Assembly (NCBI GenBank): GCA_002269645.1 | Contig: NIVC01000317.1 | Coordinates: forward strand, 124,001 to 188,000 | Length of the DNA stretch: 64,000 nucleotides | Reading direction: 5' to 3' | Source of the DNA: Macrostomum lignano | Lineage: Eukaryota | Shown: one piece after another, positions 29,909 to 43,255 of the stretch | How the letters are laid out: the number at the start of each line of letters is the position of its first letter | Numbering within the stretch: position 1 is the first letter of the stretch | Translations under genes and position numbers: made by a program | The notes under the pieces: model-generated | What the model saw: only the letters and a program-made list of their open reading frames with translations | Database searches by the model: none | What the model was told of the DNA's origin: nothing

Positions 29909-30093
29909 CAGTGGCGCAACCAGGGGGGGGCGGGGGGCGGTCGCCCCCCCTTAGGCGGGGGACCGAAAAAAAATCAAAGGGGGACCAAGCGAATTTTCGC
30001 CAAAAACAGAGCCACCCCTCCGCCGCCCCCCCTCCCGGGACTTTACCCTCAGAATCCGCCCCCCCCCTTGAAAAATTTCTGGTTGCGCTACTG
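29909..30093. mobile_element. hAT-family MITE, second copy made by the segmental duplication
   Basis: Same TIRs and same TSD CTGGTTCG (29901-29908, 30094-30101); differs mainly in homopolymer lengths. Confidence 0.9.
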
Positions 30094-31729
30094 CTGGTTC
30101 GCATTTTGCCGGTGCTTTTAGACATAATCGCCTTTGAGTGACATTTACATGTTGATTGCAAGGTTTCTATTTCTGCTCTTATCCCTCGCCTTAATACTTT
30201 TCTTTTTTGTAAATTCTCATTCGTTCGTTTATTTGTCGTAAGTTTGGCCTTGGAGGTGCATCCCTTTAGCCTTTCATCGCCTCGCCACACCATGCATCGG
30301 TTTGCGCGAGTTGCTAACCGCCTTTAGTGCAAGGGGGCTGTTTGGGCGTTGGCTGTGTTGTGGGTGGTGGGTGTGTTTGGCCGCCACCTTTGTGACTGCT
30401 AGAGTTTGCTCACTTTTTTAATGTTTTCTTGCACAAAGGAGTACCGTCCACCGACCTGGGGTGCGTGCGCATCCCCCAGCCTTTCATTGCCTCGCCACAC
30501 ACGATTGTCCTGGCCTCCCTTCACGAAACTCTTGAACTCTTTTATGAACTCCCTCATGAACTCCTTCATAACTCCCTCATGAACTTAGTCATGAACTTTT
30601 GAACTCAATTATGAACTTTATGAACTCCTGAACTCAGTCATGAACTGCTGAACTCAGTCATGAACTTTATGAACTCCTGAACTCAGTCATGAACTGCTGA
30701 ACTCAGTCATGAACTTTATGAACTCCTGAACTCAGTCATGAACTCGTGAACTCAGTCATAACTCCCTCACGAACTCCCTCATGAACTCAGTCATGAACTC
30801 CTGAACTCAGTCATGAACTGCTGAACTCAGTCATGAACTTTATGAACTCCTGAACTCAGTCATAACTCCCTCACGAAATCCCTCATGAACTCCCTCATGA
30901 ACTCCCTCTTGAACTCAGTCATGAACTCACTCATGAACTCAGTCGTGAACTTACTCATGAACTCACTCATGAACTCACACATGAACTTACTCATGAACTC
31001 ACACATCAACTCACTTATAAACTCACTCATGAACTTACTCATGAACTCACTCATGAACTCACTCATGAACTCAGTCATGAACTCACTCATGAACTCAGTC
31101 ATTAACTCACTCATGAACTCACTCATGAACTTACTCATGAACTCACTCATGAACTTACTCATGAACTCAGTCATGAACTCACTCATGAACTCAGTCGTGA
31201 ACTTACTCATGAACTCACTCATGAACTCACACATGAACTTACTCATGAACTCACTCATGAACTCACTCATGAACTCACTCATGAACTCACTCATGAACTT
31301 ACTCATGAACTCACTCATGAACTTACTCATGAACTCACTCATGAACTCAGTCATGAACTCACTCATGAAATCAGTGTCAGAAGTCTGCCTATTTAGTCGC
31401 CAACTATGCACTAATGAACTGTTCCTAATTCAGAGTAAAAGGCCATTAATGGCCTTAGGCAATGAGGCATGCATGAAAGTACTTCCTTCAAAACAGCGCC
31501 CCTTATATTGAGGCTCTTTTGAGGTATAAGCTCGATCAATACGTCGCCCGGAGCAAAGATTCCATGTATCCCCAGCTAATTTTCTTCCTCTGAAAGTCGT
31601 TTTAACTTGCGCAACTCCTAGGGGCAATACAGGTTCGAGCGTATTTTAGAGTCACATGATTTTGCAACAGAAACTTGGATAATTATAATTCAGCTTCAAA
31701 ACGAATGTAAATCTGGGAACTCACACCCA

Positions 31730-32088
31730 CTCCAGCTATCACTACAGCTATCACTCCAGCTATCACTACAGCTATCACTCCAGCTATCACTACAGCTATC
31801 ACTCCAGCTATCACTCCAGCTATCACTCCAGCTATCACTATAGCTATCACTCCAGCTATCACTCCAGCTATCACTCCAGCTATCACTCCAGCTACAGCTA
31901 TCACTCCAGCTATCACTCCAGCTATCACTACAGCTATCACTATAGCTATCACTCCAGCTATCACTCCAGCTATCACTATAGCTATCACTCCAGCTATCAC
32001 TCCAGCTATCACTATAGCTATCACTCCAGCTATCACTCCAGCTATCACTCCAGCTATCACTCAGTTTCACTTCAGCTTCACTCCAGCT
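31730..32088. repeat. 12-bp minisatellite ACTCCAGCTATC
   Basis: About 29 units. Confidence 0.9.
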
Positions 32089-32428
32089 ATGAGTATCATT
32101 TCACCTATCACCGGCCGTCACCCTATCGCTGCAGCTTTCAACGCGGATGTGGAGTAAAACTCAAACATTGATCAAACTGTATCAAATTCTAATATGCAAT
32201 GAAACAAGACGAAAATGCCGCACAACTCTGCTAAGAAGAAAAAAGCGCAATTACATGCGAAATATAATTTCTTTGGAAAATTGGAAGCCCCTTGCCCGGG
32301 CGGTAAATACAATTAACACACTCGCGCGATTCATGACAGATGCGCGTTCAGCTGTTTTAATAAATTTCCTAAAAATAATGCTGGAAAAGGATGAGTGACG
32401 GACTGATAGTTGGTCAGTTGCTGTTTCG

Positions 32429-33166
32429 TCAGTTGCGTCCGGTCTTTACCCGGCAGCAGCAGGGCAGGGTCACCCGGTACACCTGGCTGGCGTCGTCTCC
32501 GCCGCCGCCGCCGCCGCCGCTGCCTCGAGCTGCTCCGCCATCGTCGCCCCACACTGGCCGGCACTTGTTGCGGCTGCGCGATGAGCTCCGATGCTGAAGT
32601 GCCGACGGCGGCGGTGGCGGCGGCGGTGGTGGCGGCGGCGGCGGCGGCGGTGGTGGTGGTGGAGGCGCCTGGAACTGCTGCTGTTGCTGTTGCAGAGGCG
32701 GCCCCCAGCTTCCGAGCTGCTGTTGCTGTTGCTGCTGCTGCTGCTGCTGCTGCGATTGATCCTCTGCAAATGACACGGAGTTACCGCCATTGCTGCAGCA
32801 GCAGCTGCCCACCACCTGGATGACCAGGTGCACCTGCTGCGGCTGGTTGTTCGAATCCACGCAACAGCTGCTGCTGCTGGCAACGCTGCCACTGCCAACG
32901 CCACTAATGACGCAGCCGCCGCCTCCGCTGCTCCCGCAGGCACCGCCGCTGCTGCCGCAGGCGCCGCCGATGACGCAGGAGCCTCCGCTGCCGGCGCTGC
33001 ATCGCCGAGGTGGGCAGCAGCCGGCGCCGCTGGTCCCGGAGTAGATGCACGCCTGGCCGGGCCCGGGGTACCGCCGCCCGATGTGGCGCGGCGGCGACCT
33101 GCACATTCGGCGCTGTGCGCTGTCGCTCCGCTGCGCCGCAATGTGGTTCCGACTCGATATTGGCAT
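32429..33166 (-). CDS. Orphan low-complexity protein: Cys/Gly-rich N-half, polyQ, polyP, C-terminal PCCC (245 aa from ATG 33166)
   Basis: Open frame with exon-like codon usage (GGC/TGC/AGC/CAG), followed by AT-rich sequence with ATTAAA on the minus strand at about 32356-32361. No recognisable domain; could be a terminal exon. Confidence 0.55.
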   Translation of the reverse strand: MPISSRNHIAAQRSDSAQRRMCRSPPRHIGRRYPGPGQACIYSGTSGAGCCPPRRCSAGSGGSCVIGGACGSSGGACGSSGGGGCVISGVGSGSVASSSSCCVDSNNQPQQVHLVIQVVGSCCCSNGGNSVSFAEDQSQQQQQQQQQQQQLGSWGPPLQQQQQQFQAPPPPPPPPPPPPPPPPPPPPSALQHRSSSRSRNKCRPVWGDDGGAARGSGGGGGGGDDASQVYRVTLPCCCRVKTGRN

Positions 33167-33534
33167 ATTGGCTGCTTCCTGGCTCGCGATTCGCACCGGA
33201 CTGCGTTGGTTCAGTTCTTAAACGGCTCGAAACTAAAAGTCCACTCTGGGTGAGCGGAATCGCTATGCTGTAACAACTCAAATTGAAGCTTAGTATAGTG
33301 ACGGGAAGCTCTTCCAGTCTTGGCCATAGACTATGAATGTAGATCAGGCGCGCATATGGCATCGGTGCTCGTTTGCTCCGCTGACCGGCGAGAGGCAAAC
33401 CACCATGTCCATGCGACTGACTACAAGCCCACAGAGGGTTGTACATTGGCTGACTTTCACATCGCCAGGCACGTACGAGTAACACTCTGTGCCTGTTGGA
33501 GGTTGGCCCTCGTGTGGCGAGAATCGCATGACGA

Positions 33535-34010
33535 AGCGCCAACTGGGGCAGCTTAGTGGCGCCCAACCGGGGAGCTTAAGGTGGCGCCAACCGGGGCAGC
33601 TTAGTGGCACCCAACCGGGGAGCTTGACGTGGCGCCAACCGGGGCAGCTTAGTGGCGCCCAACCGGGGAGCTTAAAGTGAGGGCAGTGAAATGTGGCGCC
33701 AACTGGGGAGCTTAAAGTGGCGCCAACCGGGGAGCTTAAAGTGGCGCCAACCGGGGCAGCTTAAAGTGGCGCCAACCGGAAGCTTAACGTGATTAAAGTG
33801 GCGCCAACCGGAAGCTTAACGTGATTAAAGTGGCGCCAACCGGAGAGCTTAAAGTGGCACCAACCGGGGCAGCTTAAAGTGGCGCCAACCGGAAGCTTAA
33901 CGTGATTAAAGTGGCGCCAACCGGGGAGCTTAAAGTGGCGCCAACCGCGGAGCTTTACGTGGCGCCAACCGGGGAGCTTAAAGTGGCGCCAACCGGGGCA
34001 GCTTAAAGCG
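33535..34010. repeat. About 24-bp minisatellite GTGGCGCCAACCGGGGAGCTTAAA
   Basis: About 19 units. Confidence 0.9.
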
Positions 34011-34604
34011 GCGGTGAAATTGGGGCGCTGACTCGGGGCACCAAGAGCCCGCAGGAACTGAGGCAGAGTATGAATTGACATGCATGTAACAGAAATGCGT
34101 ACACCTATCAGTTTCCTGGAGATGGCAAAGCCTAGTCTCTATGCCGGAGCCCTGTTCCCACGCAGTCTGTCTGCCCATGAAACTGGCATACAGCACATGC
34201 ACACTTTGTCCAGGCCAGAGCCAGAGCCCGGACCCGAGAACTCAGGTGCACACGAACTAAAATATAGTCACAGAGACCCCCCTAAATTCAACCCCCAAAT
34301 GCTGCATCAAGTTTGCCCCAGTCTCCACCTTCCATCCCTTCAGCTTGTAGACAGACAAAGACGTGGGCCCTTAGCTGCAATAGGCCAGTCCAGGTGTCGG
34401 GGCGCACTTCAATTAAAGAATTAAGCCAGGATTCGAGCACGAACTTCTGCTTCAATCAATATGGGTTCAGTTAATTATAGCGAATAAGAGCGTAGTTGCG
34501 GATTTCGTCATGCACATTTATTTACAATGCGTCTGTAACAAATACTGAAGCAGTTGAAACGGTGATTTAGTGAGGATTTGCAAGGGGTCATAGCTTACAG
34601 ACTC

Positions 34605-36160
34605 GTGGGATTTGGGAAAAAAGCAGATTCTTTGGGATCCTAATGGGATTCTTACTCGTAACCCTCTGGGAATGGGTATTTGGAATCGCGATGGGATATT
34701 TAAACTCTTTGCGAATGGGGATTTGGGATCGTAATGGGATTCTTAAACTCTTTGGGAGTGGGGATTTGAGATCGAAATGGGATTCTTAAACTATTTAGGA
34801 ATGAGGATTTGAGATCGTAATGGGATTCTTAAACTCTTTGCGAATGGGGATTTGGGATCGTAATGGGATTCTTAAACTCTTTGGGAGTGGGGATTTGAGA
34901 TCGAAATGGGATTCTTAAACTATTTAGGAATGAGGATTTGAGATCGTAATGGGATTCTTAAACTCTTTGCGAATGGGGATTTGGGATCGTAATGGGATTC
35001 TTCAACTCTTTGGGAGTGGGGATTTGGGATCGTAATGGGATTCTTAAACCCTCTGGGAATGGGTATTTGGAATCGCGATGGGATATTTAAACTCTTTGCG
35101 AATGGGGATTTGGGATCGTAATGGGATTCTTAAACTCTTTGGGAGTGGGGATTTGGGATCCTAATGGGATTCTTAAACCCTCTGGGAATGGGTATTTGGA
35201 ATCGCGATGGGATATTTAAACTCTTTGCGAATGGGGATTTGAGATCGAAATGGGATTCTTAAACTATTTAGGAATGGGGATTTGAGATCGAAATGGGATT
35301 CTTAAACTATTTAGGAATGGGGATTTGAGATCGAAATGGGATTCTTAAACTCTTTGCGAATGGGGATTTGGGATCGTAATGGGATTCTTAAACTCTTTGG
35401 GAGTGGGGATTTGAGATCGAAATGGGATTCTTAAACTATTTAGGAATGGGGATTTGAGATCGAAATGGGATTCTTAAACTCTTTGCGAATGAGGATTTGA
35501 GATCGAAATGGGATTCTTAAACTCTTTGGGAGTGGGGATTTGGGATCGTAATGGGATTCTTAAACTATTTAGGAATGGGGATTTGAGATCGAAATGGGAT
35601 TCTTAAACTCTTTGCGAATGGGGATTTGAGATCGTAATGGGATTCTTAAACTCTTTGGGAGTGGGGATTTGAGATCGAAATGGGATTCTTAAACTATTTA
35701 GGAGTGGGGATTTGAGATCGAAATGGGATTCTTAAACTCTTTGCGAATGGGGATTTGGGATCGTAATGGGATTCTTAAACTCTTTGGGAGTGGGGATTTG
35801 GGATCGTAATGGGATTCTTAAACTCTTTGGGAGTGGGGATTTGGGATCGTAATGGGATTCTTAAACTCTTTGGGGGTGGGGATTTGAGATCGTAATGGGA
35901 TTCTTAAACTCTTTGGGAGTGGGGATTTGAGATCGTAATGGGATTCTTAAACTATTTAGGAATGAGGATTTGAGATCGAAATGGGATTCTTAAACTCTGG
36001 GAATGGGAATTCGGGATCGTAATGGGATTTTTAAACCTGGGAATGGGGATTTGAGATCATAATGGGATTCCTAAACTCTTTTGGAATGGGGATTTTAGAT
36101 CGTAAGGGGATTTTTAAACTCTGGGAATGGGAATTTGAGATCGTAATGGGATTTCTTAAA
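34605..36160. repeat. 43-bp minisatellite GGGATTCTTAAACTCTTTGGGAGTGGGGATTTGAGATCGTAAT
   Basis: About 36 units ending about 70 bp from the predicted NHR-gene stop. Confidence 0.95.
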
Positions 36161-36229
36161 CTCATTGGCTCTACTTATAAACTCGATAAGAACAGTTCAT
36201 CGGGAATATAGTCGCATTCGAATAGAGCA

Positions 36230-37355
36230 TCAGGGATCAAAGTCGAACATTCCTAAGCAGCGGACGGCCATGTCGGCGGGCAGCGCCAGGAATGGTCGCA
36301 GCGGCTGGCCGCTCAACATGGCTGAGGCTGGAAGGTGCAGCACCTCGGTGGCGTCGGGGTCCGCGCCAGGCTGGGAGTGGCTCAGCCGGACCTCCTGCTG
36401 CGAGCCGTCGCCGCCGCCGAGCAGCGGAGGCTGAGCGCCAGCTCATCACCGGCCAGCAGCCGAGGCCAGGCTTTAGTGGGCTGGCTGTGCCAGTTCTCGC
36501 TGGCCGGCCGAGCCGACAGAGCCGCCGGGTCCTCGGGCAGCGGCTGCCAGTCATCGTGAAGGCCGTAGCCGTTCGGTGACCAGGCGGTGACGCCGAATGT
36601 GAGCTGCTGGCGCCGCTGCTGCTGGTGCAGCTTGCTCGGCCGGGTGACTTGAAGCAGCAGCTGCTGGTTGGTCTGCAACCGCTCGGCGCTCAGGGCATAG
36701 CAGGTTGAGCGGTCGCCTGACTCGGCCTCCACAGAGTCAACCAAGTAGCGCTGCTCGCCGGAGCGCACCGATAGCAGGTAGGTATCATCCTTCGTCAGGC
36801 GGAGCAGCTGCTCGCCAACAACGCCGTCTCGCCTGCTGCGCCTTCTAGAAGTATTGGCGAAATCTATATAAGCCGGCTGGCCGAGAAGCTCGACCACGGG
36901 CCAGAAGCCTTTGCCACCGCGGCAGCTGAGACTGGCCGAGGCTGGCAGCAGCAGGGTCTCCTGGCAGTCGCCGTAGTGGCAGCACAACAGCAGTTGAGAT
37001 GCGCCATCCGGCCATTGCAGACTGAACTGCACCTTCCTAAGTCGCCTGCCGGCCCGACAAGCTACAGGCAGCAGCCAGGTGTCTCTGGGCCCCAGCTTGG
37101 CAGCTCGAGGCGCGTCTGGCGATCGACTGGTGACGCCAACCCGGATTGAACCGCGCCAGGCTGGCGGGGCGCGCAGTCGAAACCGCAGTGGCTTGTCACC
37201 TGGGCAAATGTTTGTCTCACCGTAGCAACGGCCGCCGTCAAATCCGTGTTGTACCCGGTAAACCGAGTGCCGCGTTCGTTAATTCGGAGGTTGCTGTCCG
37301 CTAAGCAACGAAATTTAATGTCGCTTTGATGAGCACGAGACGTGCATGGACCCAT
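36230..37355 (-). CDS. Tandem neuralized-homology-repeat (NHR) protein, intronless, frameshifted in this sequence (about 375 aa if repaired)
   Basis: MGPCTS start; NHR1 motifs WRGSIRVGVTSRSP and FWPVVELLG; NHR2 motifs LTFGVTAWSP and GDELALSL. It needs +1 nt at about 37202-37204 (FA[P]GDKPLRFRL) and probably +1 nt at about 36425 to reach PLRPFLAL...FDFDP*; otherwise it ends at 36382. Confidence 0.7.
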
Positions 37356-38744
37356 TTAACCTCTTACCGAAGTTTGAACTTTTTCTAATTATATTATCGA
37401 TTACACCATAGTGTGTGTGTGTGCGTCTCTAGGGTCTGGTCAAGAAGACTTTAGTCTAAACCACTACTGGGTGTGAAGCCGATGCAAATTTGGGCTCAAT
37501 TTAAAAGCCTTTACCGTGGCTGAAAAGTCACGAGGGTCGGAGCGGAAGGGTCTTCCTGGCTGGTTCAATGAATGAAAAAGGAATTGCTGGGGTAAGATTG
37601 GCTTGTCCTTTGCAGTTTTCTCTCTCCCCTCTCCGTCCCTCACTATTTTTATTGCGGCCTTTCCTCTCCCGCCTCCGCAAAATCTAGACTGTACACTGAG
37701 GGCCATCGGAGCTGTGGAGGAGGCTTGAACCGGAGTGGGTGGTTATAAAATTAGACCCACCCTTGATGAGTCATTAACTTTGGGGGGACCGGCTCTCCAA
37801 CTGTGCGTACCAGCACAACCCCCCTCTCGCGAGAACTGGCCTCAATTCCCAAACCCTTCTAGCTAGTGAAAAGAACGGTCCTTTTTGTACTTTATTATTC
37901 GTTCACTTAATGTCCTTCCTTTATCCTTTGCCCCGAGCGGGCCGAGCTCCCATTCTTAGCTGAGCAAGCGAAAGCGAAACAAGTTGAAATGAAACGGGAA
38001 AGAACAAACTGTGCCTCGTCCAAAAAAGCTCTCTTTTCTCACCAAGGCCAAACACTAAATGTCTTTCTACTCTTTGTTTATTTCCACGCTTTCCCCTAAA
38101 TTTTGCATTTACTCATTGTTTATGACAGCTCGTATGCTCAAGCTTAACGAGAAGAATTCATTGCTCCCGTTTTTTTGTGTTAGGTATTTATTCAGGTATT
38201 CGCGGATTTTGGTTCTGGTTTTGGTTTTGGCCTGGCCTGTGGGCCTAGCATTTTGTTCCCATGCACATTAAGCCTTGTTACTAGGCTAATTGCCACTTGC
38301 CATTTGTCCAGCCAGCCCACCTTTAAGACCAAAGCAAATGTTTGCCATATTTGGCTTGTTGCTCGCCCGATTGTCCCCTACTCCCCGCTTTTTCCATCAA
38401 TCTCTTTTCCTTTGTTCTCCACTATGCTATTCAGAGTTCAGACTACGCTTGTACAGTGCAACAACCCGCTTTCATGAACACAAGGTAAAATCAGGGACGC
38501 CCTGGAATTTTAGTCTGGACTGTGGAAGCAGAACCCTACAAATTATCACCAGAACAGACCAGGTTTTGTCAATTTTTTGCAGATTCAAGCTTGGGCTTGG
38601 GAAGGGATTCGGTGACTAAGGGGACTGAAGAAGGTTGCACCTTGTGTTTGTGTCACGTTACGTATAAATTCTCCAATAAGTGGAGTGCGCTTCTGTTGCT
38701 AGCTTTTTATCGTCTCGTTTCACATACAAACAGTTTGTCCAAGC

Positions 38745-39885
38745 CCACTGCTAATTCACAATCCCCAAGCTTCACACCCACTGCTAATTCACAATCCTCA
38801 AGCTTCACACCCACTGCTAATTCACAATCCCCAAGCTTCACACCCACTGCTAATTCACAATCCCCAAGCTTCACACCCACTGCTAATTCACAATCCTCAA
38901 GCTTCACACCCACTGCTAATTCACAATCCCCAAGCTTCACACCCACTGCTAATTCACAATCCCCAAGCTTCACACCCACTGCTAATTCACAATCCTCAAG
39001 CTTCACACTCACTGCTAATTCACAATCCCCAAGCTTCACACTCACTGCTAATTCACAATCCCCAAGCTTCACACTCACTGCTAATTCACAATCCCCAAGC
39101 TTCACACTCACTGCTAATTCACAATCCCCAAGCTTCACACTCACTGCTAATTCACAATCCCCAAGCTTCACACTCACTGCTAATTCACAATCCCCAAGCT
39201 TCACACTCACTGCTAATTCACAATCCTCAAGCTTCAAACTCACTGCTAATTCACAATCCCCAAGCTTCAAACTCACTGCTAATTCACAATCCCCAAGCTT
39301 CACACCCACTGCTAATTCACAATCCCCAAGCTTCACACCCACTGCTAATTCACAATCCCCAAGTTTCACCAATTCCCAAGCTTCGCAATCCCCAAGCTTC
39401 ACAATTCCCAAGTTTCACCAATTCCCAAGCTTCGCAATCCCCAAGCTTCACAATTCCCAAGTTTCACTAATTCCCAAGCTTCGCAATCCCCAAGCTTCAC
39501 AATTCCCAAGTTTCACCAATTCCCAAGCTTTGCAATCCCCAAGCTTCACAATTCCCAAGTTTCACTAATTCCCAAGCTTCGCAATCCCCAAGCTTCACAA
39601 TTCCCAAGTTTCACCAATTCCCAAGCTTTGCAATCCCCAAGCTTCACAATTCCCAAGTTTCACCAATTCCCAAGCTTCGCAATCCCCAAGCTTCACAATT
39701 CCCAAGTTTCACCAATTCCCAAGCTTCACAATCCCCAAGCTTCACAATTCCCAAGTTTCACCAATTCCCAAGCTTCGCAATCCCCAAGCTTCACAATCCC
39801 CAAGCTTCACAATCCCCAAGCTTCACAATCCCCAAGCTTCACAATCCCCAAGCTTCACAATGCCCAAGCTTCGCAATCTCCAAGC
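38745..39885. repeat. 30-bp minisatellite (CCACTGCTAATTCACAATCCCCAAGCTTCA) grading into shorter CCCAAGCTTCACAAT units
   Basis: Tandem units; source of spurious ORFs 38522-39568 and 38707-39411. Confidence 0.95.
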
Positions 39886-40554
39886 TAATTCTACTGACAT
39901 CCAATTGTTCTCTTTAGTTGCCATTTTCATTAAAAATGTCAATTGGGGTCTGAAAGTCAAGAATTAGATAGGGAAAATACTGCAGAGATGGCAGGGGTTC
40001 GTGTGCGTTCCCACGATAAGGAGGATTTTCGATGAAGTGGCAGTGGGGTGGAGCTAGAATATGAGTATAATAGGACTGACCCCATCTGGCGAGTGTGGGC
40101 GGAGTGTGGGTGGTCCGCCCACACTTCTCAATTCCAAACCTTGTAGTGTAAGAGATGACTAACTGCGGCAGCCCATGATCTAGGACACCCCAAAACCTCT
40201 GAGAAACTACATACTTCGACTACGGGTTTCATATTTTCAGAACGAAACCAAAGTTAGTCAACTAGTTGCCTAAAATGAGCCCGGAAACAGCCAGCCAATT
40301 TACTTTTCGGAACACCAGCGATTATTCGCACAACTCAAAGTCGCAATCTTCATTTTTTTCAGAAGCGTGAATTTCGATCGCGCAGATTCCCACGGTAATG
40401 CCCTTTAACTGCATGGCTTCGGTACTTGAGGCTTGTAAACCAATGTTTGGTGTACAGTAGCGCAGCTGGCGTACGCAGAGGGGGCCAGGGCCCAGGAGCT
40501 CAACTTTGCCGCCTCTTGGACGTAGCATTCACCGCCCTACGAGACAGAGACATG

Positions 40555-40885
40555 GGCACCAACCAAGATACAGGGGCGCCAACCATGATACAGCGGCGCC
40601 AACCAAGATACAGGGGCGCCAACCAAGATACAGCGGCGCCAACCAAGATACAGGGGCGCCAACCAAGAGACAGGGGCGCCAACCAAGATACAGGGGCGCC
40701 AATCAAGAGACAGGGGCGCCAACCAAGAGACAGGGGCGCCAACCAAGAGACAGGGGCGCCAATCAAGAGACAGGGGCGCCAATCAAGAGACAGAGGCGCC
40801 AACCAAGAGACAGGGGCGCCAACCAAGAGACAGGGGCGCCAACCAAGAGACAGGGGCGCCAACCATGATACAGGGGCGCCAACCA
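40555..40885. repeat. 21-bp minisatellite GGGGCGCCAACCAAGAGACAG-like
   Basis: About 15 units. Confidence 0.9.
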
Positions 40886-41109
40886 AAAATTTGATGCTTT
40901 TGAACTGTTTTTAAAATTTAAACCCTGAGAATGAATGCAAAGAATATAATGGTTGGCACTAAGCAGTTGAATTTTTAAATGTTATTCTACCATGCATTTA
41001 TTTCTACTGTTAGTAGAGAGGAAGGCTTCAATGCATAAAATATTTTAGCGTTCGACTTTGAAAGATTCAAACGAAACAGTTAGAGAAGGCTAACAGTTCC
41101 ACATTTTGT

Positions 41110-42146
<1,037 letters not shown>

Positions 42147-43034
42147 ACTGTCCTATCAGGAGTAACGGCAGTCGTAGCATTAAAGCATATTTACAATATT
42201 ACGTACTTGTATCAAAGGTATGCACCAGGTTGAGGCTCCCATTGCCTGCATTTACCCAGAGTCAATAAAATAGATGAACTATTCAGGCTGGCATCCAAGC
42301 AATCGTGTTCATCTTGGCCTCTCCCAGCCCACCCACATCCAGCCGCATTGACAACAACAACTATACAACTCCGGGCCTCACCGACCCTTCGAACAGCAAA
42401 TTCCTAGAAAGCAAATTCTCCGGGAAAGGGGGCGACAGGCAGACAGATTTATCATACGGTGCCCATCGGGCCTGCCATGGCCATTGCCGGACAAGCGGCC
42501 GGGGACGGCAGCAGTACATTCTGTTCTAGAAGCAGTAAGACAGGGCTCGACCTGGCTTCTTCAAAGGTAGTCAGTACCGAAATTCAGTTTGCAACGATGG
42601 CAGCGCTGCACTTTACTGCCATGCCCATCTTTTCCGGTTGCCTGTCAGTTCTCACTGTTTGCTCATCTCCCTGCCGTCTCCTCCCGCTCCCGTCCCCGCC
42701 TCTGTGCAAGTGACCGCTGGGTCTCGAATATGCGCTGGCTTGAGTGGGAAAATAAATTTTCCATATTGCGGACAGCATCCCCCAGTTGGACAAGGACTCC
42801 CCGAGGAGTGGAGCAGACAGACAGGCACCTCATCTAGGCATCGCGATCTGTAGGGCAAGCCCCTCAAAGGTTTGAGAACAAGCCTCTCTACTCCAACTAC
42901 ATGCTTGGGCACATGTAGTTGCGTTTCGGCTTCATGACTGAAGCGATAGGAAAATTCATTACGCTTCAGCTGCCTGCCTGCAAGTCTGCAACCCGTTCCC
43001 TGACTGACCTTTCAGATAGTTGTCCTACCACTGT

Positions 43035-43255
43035 CCTCTCACCCGGTCCTGAATGCTACCGCTGTCCTCTCACCCGGTCCTGAATGCTACCTCTATCCTC
43101 TCACCCGGTCCTGAATGCTACCTCTGTCCTCTCACCCGGTCCTGAATGCTACCTCTGTCCTCTCACCCGGTCCTGAATGCTACCTCTGTCCTCTCACCCG
43201 GTCCTGAATGCTACCTCTATCCTCTCACCCGGTCCTGAATGCTACCGCTATCCTG
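43035..43255. repeat. 31-bp minisatellite CCTCTCACCCGGTCCTGAATGCTACCTCTGT
   Basis: About 7 units. Confidence 0.9.

Larger units (their letters stand above)
23590..31370. repeat. 12-bp satellite (ATGAACTCACTC)n in three blocks, with (GAGAG)n tracts and a duplicated unique spacer (period about 3850 bp)
   Basis: Arrays at about 23590-25498, 26680-29320 and 30520-31370; (GAGAG)n at about 25500-25690 and 29320-29530; spacer ORFs repeated at 25915 and 29765. Confidence 0.95.

Noticed and set aside
23564-31511. 644-829 aa ORFs (MSEF)n and (MNSL)n on both strands
   Set aside because: A 12-bp unit without stops in these frames gives long ORFs automatically; there is no unique domain or splice context.
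37690-38700. Unassigned AT/GC-mixed segment with a hairpin and short ORFs, possibly a TE relic
   Set aside because: No recognisable protein motif, TIR, TSD or complete ribozyme fold could be established by eye.
40092-40125. 12-bp perfect inverted repeat AGTGTGGGCGGA/TCCGCCCACACT as a Helitron end or terminator
   Set aside because: No correctly spaced CTRR end and no U-tract; an isolated hairpin with no context.
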